In this document: one piece after another, positions 34,825-44,304 of the stretch
How the letters are laid out: every line of letters starts with the position of its first letter
Position numbering within the stretch: position 1 is the first letter of the stretch
IMG/VR virus record: IMGVR_UViG_3300009376_000001
Strand: one strand, 5' to 3'
Origin: a virus
DNA length: 64,000 nucleotides
The notes under the pieces: generated by a model
Database searches by the model: none
Seen by the model: only the letters and a program-made list of their open reading frames with translations
What the model was told of the DNA's origin: nothing
Position numbers and translations under genes: made by a program

Positions 34825-35300
34825 ATCTTAAAACGTTCTTGTCCACGACGTGTAATTACACGACTAATAGTCTCAAATTGAGAATCATAAAGACTAAGCC
34901 GACCTTTTAATAGCTTCAACTCTCCATTAATCTCAATAGTACGAACTTTGAGTTGCTGTAATTGATCATCTTCTGCTAGAGCTTGACCTTTCAACGAATC
35001 TTTAAGAAGACGTTTCTCTGATTCTTTCTCTAACGTGGCTACCTTAGCAGACAAAAGTAAATCATAGCCCTCAGCAAGAACAGCATACTCTCCATCTAAA
35101 CGAGATATCTGATAACTCAGATAACTTCTCCATGCTCCTAAGAATAGAAGCCAACTATCTATTTCAACATCAGTTAGGCGGTCTGCATTAATAGGAAATG
35201 TGTAATGATGATTGCCTTCAGGCCGTTCCGGCACCGGATACTGTATATCAACATTATGTAATTCCGCTGCTTTATTTAAAAATGTAGATACTTTTACCAA
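34821..35300 (-). CDS. Helical protein, possibly UvsY-like recombination mediator
   Basis: Coiled-coil ending in ISRVITRR; lies between exonuclease and resolvase. Confidence 0.5.
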   Translation of the reverse strand: MVKVSTFLNKAAELHNVDIQYPVPERPEGNHHYTFPINADRLTDVEIDSWLLFLGAWRSYLSYQISRLDGEYAVLAEGYDLLLSAKVATLEKESEKRLLKDSLKGQALAEDDQLQQLKVRTIEINGELKLLKGRLSLYDSQFETISRVITRRGQERFKI

Positions 35301-35301
35301 T

Positions 35302-35994
35302 TTAGATGCCTCTTATAAAATAATTTTGCTCACACGTAGCTTTATAATTACACCAATCATGTTTCCATTCCGGTTGATATGGAAAATGTTCATCACGTGC
35401 TAGATAATCTTGTACTTGTCTGAACTTCTCTAATGTAGTTTCAATGATAGAATCATTACGTTCTGTTTCACAGATAATATATTGTTGATTATTTTTATTG
35501 ATATAAAAAATAATTCCTTCATCTAAGCCAGTCATTAAGGAATATAGATTCCATTGAATCAAATGCTCATGTCTAGGCAGATATTGAGCATACTTAGGAT
35601 TCTTAGGCTCCGCCATACTTTTAAGTTCTAATAAAATCTCTTTGTCATCTGTAGGACGCTTAATAATAGCATCATAAAATCCACGTATGGGCGGGTCATC
35701 ATAGGTAACTTCTTGTTCGGAGGACACCATCAATCCAGTTTCAATCAACTTCTTCTCAATAAATTCATGAAACACTGTCCCAATGCCCATACGACGAAGA
35801 CTTTGAGAAGCAATAGGGTCTTGCTCCTGCCCCAACATATAATAATATAAAGCTCGTGGACATAGATGAGCTTGTGACGGACTGAAAGAAGTCCGTTTAT
35901 ATGATGCTCGTTGTTGAGTTAAATCATAAGTATCAAAAGCTGATTCTATCCAGTGTTTTTCTCTGTCTTTTATTACTTGACTAAGTTTAGGCAT
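35302..35994 (-). CDS. Cas4-like PD-(D/E)xK exonuclease
   Basis: SPS...CPR..YY, GT.FHE, G.YDA, ELKS, Q.NLY, C-terminal WCNY..TC. Confidence 0.85.
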   Translation of the reverse strand: MPKLSQVIKDREKHWIESAFDTYDLTQQRASYKRTSFSPSQAHLCPRALYYYMLGQEQDPIASQSLRRMGIGTVFHEFIEKKLIETGLMVSSEQEVTYDDPPIRGFYDAIIKRPTDDKEILLELKSMAEPKNPKYAQYLPRHEHLIQWNLYSLMTGLDEGIIFYINKNNQQYIICETERNDSIIETTLEKFRQVQDYLARDEHFPYQPEWKHDWCNYKATCEQNYFIRGI

Positions 35995-36307
35995 CTACTT
36001 GCTCCTGGGCATATAAAATTAATCTATTTATAAACTCTTCTTTTAGAGATGTTTTAACTTCCTTTAAAGGAAATCTCCATATATCTATTTTATAATTATC
36101 TTTTATATATTCATCTCTAATAGCATCCCTACGTTTCATATGATATGGGCCATCAATCTCTAACCCTAATAATAAATCAGGAATATAAATATCTACCACA
36201 TATGGTTCAAAATCTTGCTCTAAAATACTTCCAAATCCAGCTTCTCTAACCCATTCCGCCATCTTAAGCTGTTCTGGGGTATCTTTCTTTCTAGGTTCGG
36301 GCCTCAA
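35987..36307 (-). CDS. DUF559/Vsr-like endonuclease
   Basis: TPEQ...PYVVDIYIP....LEIDGPYH..RDAIRDE. Confidence 0.8.
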   Translation of the reverse strand: MRPEPRKKDTPEQLKMAEWVREAGFGSILEQDFEPYVVDIYIPDLLLGLEIDGPYHMKRRDAIRDEYIKDNYKIDIWRFPLKEVKTSLKEEFINRLILYAQEQVDA

Positions 36308-36768
36308 CTGCCAATACGTCGCATAGTAGGATTATTAGTATCCCAACTAGAAGTAGCAGGAGCACCAGAGCGGTCTGTAACACGAGTATTATTAAGTAAC
36401 CGTTCTGCTAGTAAATCAACATCACCCGCATCATCCGCATGAAGTAATGTATTTTCATTATCAGGAAGCTCTTCTTGACCAATAGCACGATCGGGTACAT
36501 CACTTTCTGTTTGCTCAATAAGTTCAGCCTTGACCGTCCGACGCTTACGAGGCTTTTTAGCAGGCTTTTTCAAACCTTCACTAATTTCCGCTGTCATTTC
36601 CGCATAAATTGACCTAGCATTTTCACGTAATTTATTGGAAAATTTGTCTGCCATTTCTGCAGCTAGTTCTTCATCTATATGATAAATACCTTCAAGCATA
36701 CTCGCAAAACTTCGAAGAATGCTATCTAAATCTCCTGCTAATGTGCCAACTGACGATTGTGTAGTCAT
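36304..36768 (-). CDS. Hypothetical protein
   Basis: Coupled to recA; basic KKPAKKPRKRR patch. Confidence 0.65.
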   Translation of the reverse strand: MTTQSSVGTLAGDLDSILRSFASMLEGIYHIDEELAAEMADKFSNKLRENARSIYAEMTAEISEGLKKPAKKPRKRRTVKAELIEQTESDVPDRAIGQEELPDNENTLLHADDAGDVDLLAERLLNNTRVTDRSGAPATSSWDTNNPTMRRIGS

Positions 36769-37730
36769 TACGCCATGCTCCTTATTTCTTCTTCAATAGA
36801 AGTCAATAATCCTTCATCATCTTTCATTAATTGTAAGAATTTTTCTCTACCCAATGCTTTATGAAGAACTTCACCAGTTTCTTTATCAGGGAATGAGTAT
36901 TGAGGCCCATTACGAACAACGATTCCTAAATCTGAGGCCATCATGAATGCTTCATAAATTGGATCGGGCATGCCTGTATAGTAAAAAGGTACAGAAGAAG
37001 TCAATAACGGTGTATGCGTCTTATTCTTCTCTGCCTTCATTTCTATAAAGAATCCTTGAGGACTCTTTTGGTCACCAATAGTTTCTCCCTTTCTTACACG
37101 TACCATAATACGTGCAAAGAATTCTTGGCCTTTTCCGCCAGGTAGAGCATCACGAGTTATATAACCGCCTATACCAGCCCTAATCTGGTTTATTAAAATT
37201 ACCGCAGTCTTAGAGTTCACCGGAGCCAGTTTTCTGAACAACTGATTCATCAATCTAGCTTGTAATCCAATGGACAGATGATCCATGCCTTCCTTTGCCT
37301 CTGCAGTAGGCAATAAAGCTGCTATAGAGTCTAAAACGACAATATCTACCCCTTGCTCACAAAGCTTCAGTAAAACGTCTAAGGCTACTTCACCTGTATC
37401 AGGTCTAGCTACTATTAAATCATGAGTGTTAATGCCAACATTAGACGACCATTCGGGATCATAAGAGAACTCTGCATCTATGAAACCACAAGTGTATCCC
37501 AAAGTTTGAGCATGGGCAATGATGCGTTGACTTATATAAGTCTTACCAGATGATTGATAACCAAATAACTCTGTCACCGCCTGTCGAGGCACACCGCCTC
37601 CTAGCATTTGATCCAATGCTGGCATACCTGTAGGTATGCGTAACGTATCTAATGCTTCATCATCGCCAACGACTAAATTAGTCTTTAGTTCCTTATTAAT
37701 ACTACTAACTATTCTATCTATATCAGTCAT
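36768..37730 (-). CDS. recA: RecA/UvsX recombinase
   Basis: IPTG..LD..LGGGVPR, GYQSSGKT, FIDAE, VLDSIAAL, LQARLMNQ, INQIR, PGG, KNK. Confidence 0.95.
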   Translation of the reverse strand: MTDIDRIVSSINKELKTNLVVGDDEALDTLRIPTGMPALDQMLGGGVPRQAVTELFGYQSSGKTYISQRIIAHAQTLGYTCGFIDAEFSYDPEWSSNVGINTHDLIVARPDTGEVALDVLLKLCEQGVDIVVLDSIAALLPTAEAKEGMDHLSIGLQARLMNQLFRKLAPVNSKTAVILINQIRAGIGGYITRDALPGGKGQEFFARIMVRVRKGETIGDQKSPQGFFIEMKAEKNKTHTPLLTSSVPFYYTGMPDPIYEAFMMASDLGIVVRNGPQYSFPDKETGEVLHKALGREKFLQLMKDDEGLLTSIEEEIRSMA

Positions 37731-39486
37731 GTACCAAATCTCCCCACGATACCGTTGACCTTTGTAAATCTACCTTTAATGGAATTTCTGAAGGCATTTG
37801 AAAGTCTTGCATAATAGCCCTTATCTCTTCACCTTGTGCCTCAGTAACATCGTCAAAAAGTATCTGATCATGTACCGTGTTTCGAATTTTGCCTCCTATA
37901 GATTCCACATATTTGGCAGTTTTAAGTAACGCCAACTTTAATATATCTCCAGCAGTACCTTGAATCACATAATTAAACGCCGTAAACGAGCGTTCAGGGC
38001 TTACTGGCAATTTGCGTCCAAACATAGTCTTAACATATCCATCTCGTTCTCCCTGACGTTGCAGATATTTAGATTGAGCACGAAGTTGAGGGAAACTAGA
38101 GTGAAAATAATTAAGAACTGCATCAGCTTGCGTCTTATTCATCTCTAATTTTTCTTGAATACCATCACTACCAGAACCATAAATCACACTAAAATTTAAA
38201 TGTTTACCAATCTGACGTTCTTTGGGAGTCACTTCTTCTATATTTTTGTTTAAAACCATTGAAGAAGTATAACCATGCATATCAGCATTCTCTTTAAACG
38301 CTTGAATCATATTACGTTGTCCAGAAATATCTGCTGCTATTCGTAATTCCACTTGAGAGTAGTCAAAATCAAAAAATTCATTATCAGGAATAAAAATTCG
38401 TCTAATCTTATCTTCCTTCGGAATATTCTGTAGATTTGGGCCACTACTACTAAATCTACCAGTACGAGCACCTGTGGCATTCCAATGTGGATGCACTCTA
38501 CCTTGTAAATCTTTATACGGCTCAAGATAGGTACTAGCTAATTTATTAAGACTACGCCATCGTAGAACTAATTCAGCCACTTTGGTTCCAATAGGATGCT
38601 GAATCTTCTCTAACGACTTTTCATCAACAGAACGTTGTCCTGTTTCTGTCTCTTTAGGGGGATTTATACGTAGACGGTCATAAAAATATTCTTGTAATTG
38701 CTTAGTAGACGCTACTTCAATAGGTTTACCTACTGTTTCGTAAATAGAATCTTGGATAATTCGTTGCTCTACACGAAATTCTTTTAAGAGTTGATTAATA
38801 TATTCAGTATTAATCCTTAATCCACCTTGTTCCATTTTTAAGATTATAGGAATTAACTTATGTTCAACTTTGCAAAGAAAAGCATTCTCTTCCATTACTC
38901 GATCAATATACAAATGAGCTAATGCTTTAGTGAGAACCGTATCTAACACGGCATACGGATCCATAAATTCCGCAGGAACTTGATGATACCCCTTTAGACG
39001 GTATTGTCTAATATATTCTTTAATAGTGTCTTCTGCAGCCCCTGCAGCCTGTCCGAATGCCTCTTCACCTAATTCTTTAAGGCCATGCGGAGGACGAGGA
39101 TCAATCAAATGGGATAAACGCTGAGTATCAAGTATATCCGTAGGCACAATAGTCCCATATGTTTCTCGCATCATATGTAAATCAAATTCAGAATTATGAA
39201 ATACATATGTTTTATGCGTTGCGGAGAATAAAGTATTAATTAATTTGCCAATATTCTCAGCACCATAATCAGTGTTACGGATAAAAATACCCTTATCATC
39301 CCACGATAAAGACACACCAAACGCTCGATCAGTAGTCCAATCCAATCCTGTAGTTTCGGTATCTACCGCAACGAATTTATCGTTACTACTTAGGATTGAA
39401 TCTCTAAGATCATCCAGGTTCGTTGTATTGAATAGGTTGTAAGACGGTAAATTCTTCTGTGCCTGTACCAATTCGCCATGCTCCAT
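37723..39486 (-). CDS. polA: Family A DNA polymerase (3'-5' exonuclease plus polymerase, no 5'-3' exonuclease)
   Basis: DTETTG, HN..FD, YAVLD; TGRFSS..PNLQNIP, DYSQVELR, R..GKHLNFSVIYG, NY.IQG, VHDQ; true start may be ~39420. Confidence 0.93.
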   Translation of the reverse strand: MEHGELVQAQKNLPSYNLFNTTNLDDLRDSILSSNDKFVAVDTETTGLDWTTDRAFGVSLSWDDKGIFIRNTDYGAENIGKLINTLFSATHKTYVFHNSEFDLHMMRETYGTIVPTDILDTQRLSHLIDPRPPHGLKELGEEAFGQAAGAAEDTIKEYIRQYRLKGYHQVPAEFMDPYAVLDTVLTKALAHLYIDRVMEENAFLCKVEHKLIPIILKMEQGGLRINTEYINQLLKEFRVEQRIIQDSIYETVGKPIEVASTKQLQEYFYDRLRINPPKETETGQRSVDEKSLEKIQHPIGTKVAELVLRWRSLNKLASTYLEPYKDLQGRVHPHWNATGARTGRFSSSGPNLQNIPKEDKIRRIFIPDNEFFDFDYSQVELRIAADISGQRNMIQAFKENADMHGYTSSMVLNKNIEEVTPKERQIGKHLNFSVIYGSGSDGIQEKLEMNKTQADAVLNYFHSSFPQLRAQSKYLQRQGERDGYVKTMFGRKLPVSPERSFTAFNYVIQGTAGDILKLALLKTAKYVESIGGKIRNTVHDQILFDDVTEAQGEEIRAIMQDFQMPSEIPLKVDLQRSTVSWGDLVHD

Positions 39487-40510
39487 TAAAAGTATCTAAA
39501 CGCTCTACATAAACTAGGTCTTCCTCAAAAGAAGACAAACACTTGATAAGAAACGGAAGAGAAAAATAAGTACGAGAAAATTCTTTTTCAATATCCGCTT
39601 CTACGAATAATTCAGCTTCAATTATTGCATTTGGTATATAGGCATCTAATCCTGATACGCCAGCAATATCGGAACCTTGAGTCCCACTACTTAAACCTAC
39701 CATGTCTTCTTTAGTAGTTTGTAATGCTAATCTAAAAGAATCTAATAGTTTCCGTTTCGTAGCAGTAAATAACAACTCTCCTTCGGCCTCAATACGATTA
39801 TATAAAGCACTAGGGTACGATTCATCCGCAGTCCTAGTAGAAATCAACGTAGGGCCATCATACATAATTATCTGTTTACGTTCAGAAATCCCAATCTGAA
39901 CGTTAGGAGCAGAGAATAACCGTTCAACTACAGCAGCATACTCAGGGGGTATCACCATCTCAGGGAGAGCCTCTCCTGAATACGGAACAGTAATAGCATA
40001 CTGATAAATAGCTCCTGCTCCTGATATAAAGTATTTTTCATCATACTTATTACCTAGATAAGTATAAGTTAAACTCATATTTTCAAAAGTCTTAGAAACA
40101 AAGTCCTTAGACTTAGTTAATGCCTTAAGAAAATCTCTACCTACAGTACAACTTACTTGAACCGGAGGTTTCTCAGGGATTTCATCATACGGCCCATCAA
40201 AATAAGGTACTGTCACTTTTGAACCATCTGAGACTATAACAATGGCTCCCTTTTTATTGGTAGTTAAATCAATATATTTACTTTTAAATCCACTTATCAG
40301 ATTACGAAAAGTAGATGGGTCTACTGAAAACTTAAATTCATCATCACCCTCAGAGGCCAACCCATCCCATATTGGCATAAAGCTATCTTGCCAAAAACTT
40401 AATTGCCCTTGTACATTAGCCCCTAATAAAGGAAAGGATGAATTAGAACGTAGAGCGGAAGTAATCGTAGTTAACTTCCGCTCTAAATCACTACGGACAA
40501 CAGTAGCCAC
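39410..40510 (-). CDS. Probable DNA sliding clamp (beta-clamp-like)
   Basis: 366 aa, three-domain size and pattern (V.R.DL..KL..I.SA...FPLL; ISTR...YP; FSL.FL..CL.SF; VLQPI); lies between SSB and polA. Confidence 0.6.
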   Translation of the reverse strand: MATVVRSDLERKLTTITSALRSNSSFPLLGANVQGQLSFWQDSFMPIWDGLASEGDDEFKFSVDPSTFRNLISGFKSKYIDLTTNKKGAIVIVSDGSKVTVPYFDGPYDEIPEKPPVQVSCTVGRDFLKALTKSKDFVSKTFENMSLTYTYLGNKYDEKYFISGAGAIYQYAITVPYSGEALPEMVIPPEYAAVVERLFSAPNVQIGISERKQIIMYDGPTLISTRTADESYPSALYNRIEAEGELLFTATKRKLLDSFRLALQTTKEDMVGLSSGTQGSDIAGVSGLDAYIPNAIIEAELFVEADIEKEFSRTYFSLPFLIKCLSSFEEDLVYVERLDTFNGAWRIGTGTEEFTVLQPIQYNEPG

Positions 40511-40818
40511 TAAAACCCTACTTTAGCCTTACCATTCGCTACTGAGGCAAGTTTCTCTTCCATAGAAGACATTCGACGACCTAGTTCGACCAATAGCGAT
40601 TCATTCTCAGTCACATCTGTAGTAGTAATAACCTCGCCCATATGAGCTTCTAACTCAGACCATGCTTCCTTAACTACTTCTAAAGCACGATCAATCTGGG
40701 GCTTAGCTTCTTGTTCTGTATCAATATCAGCGATGGTGATAGAGGGGCGGAAGAAGTTGTATCCGCCCCCTGTAGACATTTTAAGTGTTAAACCTAATTC
40801 CACAGAGACTTTAGACAT
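40510..40818 (-). CDS. Hypothetical protein
   Basis: KVSVELGLTL...YNF.R; coupled. Confidence 0.65.
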   Translation of the reverse strand: MSKVSVELGLTLKMSTGGGYNFFRPSITIADIDTEQEAKPQIDRALEVVKEAWSELEAHMGEVITTTDVTENESLLVELGRRMSSMEEKLASVANGKAKVGF

Positions 40819-40819
40819 T

Positions 40820-41614
40820 TTATAGTTCCTCTATATTAGCCATATTAGCGTAAGCAGCTTCGGCATCATCTTTATTAATTACATTATCTTCTGGAACACT
40901 AAAAGAAGGTACTTCGACTTCAGTAATCAACTTAGCAGCAATTAATTCTAAATCAGGAAGACTATTTTCCATATCAAGAATTTCTTGTGCATAATCATTC
41001 TGTACTTGCGTATCAGACATCTCTAGCGCATATTGAGTGATGTTTGAGGGCCGACTAGAACGATAATCAAAAGTACGATTAAGTAGCGTCGAATAGTTAT
41101 CATACTTCTCTTCAATATTCTTAAACAGAGTAAAAGAAGTATTCAACAATTGAGGCTTCTTAACTGTCTCCCTAAAAAACTGTTTATTGCCTTTAGGAAC
41201 CAAATCCCAAGGCTCTTGCCCATCACGATCAAGGAATGGGTTCTGTTCCAGATGGAAAGTTCCATAATGGAATACCCAAGTTAGATAACGTGAAGTAGTC
41301 TTGGCAATACGTTCATCACCAGAGATACAATGCTCACACGGAGTGGAAATCACTGGCCCTGATTCATTAACGTTTAACCGATTACAGTACTCATAAGAAG
41401 TAAATTGTTGACCTTTGGTAGTAGTCCCTGGAATTCCATGAAAACGAGACATATCACCATTGGTGAAATCCGTTATAAACCGAAGAACTGCATGCTCGCC
41501 AGGTCGAATCCTAATAGTATTCCGCCAGATGGAATTAGGATTGCGAAATTCGCTACTAGCTCCATCTCCAGAACCTGTCGTATTTTGGTACATACCCTTG
41601 CTAATTAATGGCAT
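40820..41614 (-). CDS. Single-stranded DNA-binding protein (gp32-like)
   Basis: AVLRF...H...C...CEHC Zn motif, D...R.....TQY, acidic tail; replication context. Confidence 0.65.
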   Translation of the reverse strand: MPLISKGMYQNTTGSGDGASSEFRNPNSIWRNTIRIRPGEHAVLRFITDFTNGDMSRFHGIPGTTTKGQQFTSYEYCNRLNVNESGPVISTPCEHCISGDERIAKTTSRYLTWVFHYGTFHLEQNPFLDRDGQEPWDLVPKGNKQFFRETVKKPQLLNTSFTLFKNIEEKYDNYSTLLNRTFDYRSSRPSNITQYALEMSDTQVQNDYAQEILDMENSLPDLELIAAKLITEVEVPSFSVPEDNVINKDDAEAAYANMANIEEL

Positions 41615-41615
41615 T

Positions 41616-42527
41616 TTAAGAACGCTCCATCATATATTCTAAATCTTTTTTTAAAGCCTTAAGTTTCCAATAAGAATGATATTCTAATTGTGTGAAATCT
41701 TGTATATCGCCAAAATCTTTGGCTCGTCCAGGCGGAAAAGTGTATTCTACATTTAATCCTAGTTTCATAAGCGTATCAGTAGTCTTATACGCCATTTTTA
41801 GACCACTAGAATCTTTATCAGGACAGATAACTACGGTTCTCGCTAGAGTCCCTAAAATCTTAGCCTGTTCGTGAGAAACATTACCGCCAAATGTACATAC
41901 TGTATTCATCACCCCCTTTTGGTGTGCATTGATAGAATCAAATAAACCTTCTACTATAATAACCTTTCCATCATGGACTTTAACCTTGTCTAACGGAAAT
42001 ATAGCTTTATCTCTATCCATACCCTTACTATTAATATATTTTGGGTTAGTAGAAATATTACGTTGTACACTTCCGATTAATTCCCCTTTCTGGTAAATCG
42101 GAACTATAACACTGTTAAACGCTATGTGATATCGTATGTCAAAATCTAAAATAGTTTGGTTACTTATTCCACGATTCAATAAATAAGAATTATCTACCGC
42201 TGATGGTAATTCTTTTACAACATATTTAACATCGTCTACTGCTTTTGGTTCTGTATGAAACGCATAACTTTTAATATATTGCTGAGGAAATGTGTCTAAA
42301 TAGATTTGATATAGATTCTTATTAGGATTTAACTTTTCAAGTAACCTTTTCAGTCCGTCTCTACCTTTAATACAGCCATTAAAACAATGATATGCACCTT
42401 TCTTTATATTTATCGCTAAAGAAGCATTAGTATCATTATGCCACGGACAATAAGCGACTACTTCATCACCATATGTTTTGGTAAACACAAGTCCTGCATT
42501 TTCTAAAAATTCTACTACAGTGGTCAT
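41616..42527 (-). CDS. dnaG: DNA primase (CHC2 Zn finger plus TOPRIM)
   Basis: CPWHND..ASL...HCF.GC; YL..RGI; PKY.NS; IVEGLFD; PDKD.SG; KD.GD. Confidence 0.9.
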   Translation of the reverse strand: MTTVVEFLENAGLVFTKTYGDEVVAYCPWHNDTNASLAINIKKGAYHCFNGCIKGRDGLKRLLEKLNPNKNLYQIYLDTFPQQYIKSYAFHTEPKAVDDVKYVVKELPSAVDNSYLLNRGISNQTILDFDIRYHIAFNSVIVPIYQKGELIGSVQRNISTNPKYINSKGMDRDKAIFPLDKVKVHDGKVIIVEGLFDSINAHQKGVMNTVCTFGGNVSHEQAKILGTLARTVVICPDKDSSGLKMAYKTTDTLMKLGLNVEYTFPPGRAKDFGDIQDFTQLEYHSYWKLKALKKDLEYMMERS

Positions 42528-42685
42528 GGTCGTTTAATTTGTTGGGCTACCCTTAATGCAAAATACAAAGCAATTGTTGTAAAAAGAGTGCTTGAAATAA
42601 TTCCTACCCATACTCCTAAATAAATAGAATATTCACTTATTCGATATCCTGCATATGCAAATCCTGCGTTTACTGCCAAATACAA
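42524..42685 (-). CDS. Small two-TM membrane protein
   Basis: Hydrophobic C-terminal part of track ORF 42524-42940; TTG just after the dnaB stop is the more plausible start. Confidence 0.45.
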   Translation of the reverse strand: MYLAVNAGFAYAGYRISEYSIYLGVWVGIISSTLFTTIALYFALRVAQQIKRP

Positions 42686-42686
42686 A

Positions 42687-43952
42687 CTAAAAGTCGATAT
42701 TAGCCAAAGACATTGCAGGGACTTCACCAACGGAATTGCCAATATCACCCGAATCGGTGTTAAAAGAAATCGGATAAGATCCCGGAACTGAGCGACCAGA
42801 ACGGATAAGTGGTATAGCAACCTCTCTAATATCAGGACTATTTGCAGACCCGCCGATTGAAACCAATATATCAACAAACCTGTTGAAATCGTAACCGTAG
42901 GCAACCGAGGACGCTTGTGCAGGAGTTGCAGTACTTTCATTATTTTCTCGTTGTCTTCCTGTTTGATTTGTGACCAATACCACTACATTAGAATCAGTAG
43001 ATAAAGTTTTAAGACCTCTACAGATATTACGAATCTGCTCCCAAGACTGCGAACCATGTTCTTCATCTTGCATTAGATAAATACCATCAATAAATACGAC
43101 ATCAGGCTTATCGGTTTTAATAACAGAGGCCACTGAACTAACCGTAAACCTATCAGATGGCGTATTGGAATAGAAAACTAAATCAGAACGATCAATCTTA
43201 TTTAGATATTGTTGATAATTATCCTCTATACCAGGCACTCCATATAGCAATTTTTCATGAGATATAGGAAAACCAGAATCATAAGCTAAAATAGTATCCA
43301 CTCTGGCTTCCATATTGACCTTATTTAACTCTGGAGAAATAATAACTACTTTAAGTCCACGTAAATAGTTAGTTAAGGCAATCTTTAAGCCTAACCAAGA
43401 TTTACCTACCTTAGTATCAGCTATAATACCCACCATTTGTCCACGTAACATCATAACTGGAAAGTTATCAAATGGTTCTATGCCCCACCATAGACGTTGT
43501 TCTGAGATGCCATCAGCCCTTAATTTATATTCTTCAAATCGTTGAACAGCATCAGAATCCATTACAACACGAGAGACATCATCATGACGTTGTAAATTCT
43601 GTAACTGATGGATTAATCCCACTACCGCAGCTTCGGCATCCTTTTCAATAGCATTTTCATGGCCTGTCATAGCCAAGTAAATACCTCGCCGAACAAAATC
43701 CTTTCTAAAGACCTCAGCTATATAGTCAAAACTGTCTGTGGGGGTATATCGAAAGTTGGGGAAAGTAGCGGAAATCAGATGAAGATCTGGTGCTTTGCCC
43801 CATTGGACAATGTAATCCCAAATAAACGTGGCTTGTTCAGGATAGTAAGGAAAATGTCGAGGTGATAATCTATATTTTTGTCTTAATGTATTTAAATGTT
43901 CTGGTGTTTGTAAAGAACTTAATAAAGTACGTTCAATTTCTTCTGGTTCCAT
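42687..43952 (-). CDS. dnaB: DnaB-like replicative helicase
   Basis: ADTKVGKS, ISPEL, VFIDGIYLM, I.R.LK.L, NQ, R.G. Confidence 0.88.
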   Translation of the reverse strand: MEPEEIERTLLSSLQTPEHLNTLRQKYRLSPRHFPYYPEQATFIWDYIVQWGKAPDLHLISATFPNFRYTPTDSFDYIAEVFRKDFVRRGIYLAMTGHENAIEKDAEAAVVGLIHQLQNLQRHDDVSRVVMDSDAVQRFEEYKLRADGISEQRLWWGIEPFDNFPVMMLRGQMVGIIADTKVGKSWLGLKIALTNYLRGLKVVIISPELNKVNMEARVDTILAYDSGFPISHEKLLYGVPGIEDNYQQYLNKIDRSDLVFYSNTPSDRFTVSSVASVIKTDKPDVVFIDGIYLMQDEEHGSQSWEQIRNICRGLKTLSTDSNVVVLVTNQTGRQRENNESTATPAQASSVAYGYDFNRFVDILVSIGGSANSPDIREVAIPLIRSGRSVPGSYPISFNTDSGDIGNSVGEVPAMSLANIDF

Positions 43953-43998
43953 TCAGTGCCTCTATATATGACCTCCAATCTCTTGTGACTGGGTAGCT

Positions 43999-44027
43999 AG
44001 TCTACCAAAAAGTCTAAACCAAGTCAA
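43999..44027 (-). promoter_or_regulatory. Sigma70-type promoter at head of replication block
   Basis: Reverse complement TTGACT-N17-TAGACT with TG extension. Confidence 0.7.
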
Positions 44028-44042
44028 TAGGTAATTTAGTAC

Positions 44043-44297
44043 CTAATCTTCAGGACAAGTAGCAGCTTCAGCTAAAGACTTCAATGCAGTATAAAGCGTT
44101 GCAGCAGCAGTTTTAGCTTCCGCAGATAGTTCATTCCAGTACGGCAAAGTACAAGTAAAACCCGAATGAGTTATAGTTCCACCAGAACCATCAGATACTT
44201 GACTTTGATAATCAATATTTAAGCGAATACCTGTGACAGCATCCGAATCATCTCTTACAAAATCAACTAGACCAACTTTACGATTAATAACTGCCAT
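44043..44297 (-). CDS. Hypothetical protein (end of tail operon)
   Basis: GGTGG RBS; follows tail tip protein. Confidence 0.6.
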   Translation of the reverse strand: MAVINRKVGLVDFVRDDSDAVTGIRLNIDYQSQVSDGSGGTITHSGFTCTLPYWNELSAEAKTAAATLYTALKSLAEAATCPED

Positions 44298-44304
44298 AAA
44301 CCAC

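Noticed and set aside
35302-35994. Cas4-like gene as a sign of CRISPR-Cas
   Set aside because: No repeat-spacer array or other cas genes; it sits in the RecA-resolvase block like ordinary phage exonucleases
21789-43952. Inteins or introns in portal, terL, nrdJ, polA or dnaB
   Set aside because: Lengths are normal, and no splice-junction or LAGLIDADG motifs or interrupted frames were seen
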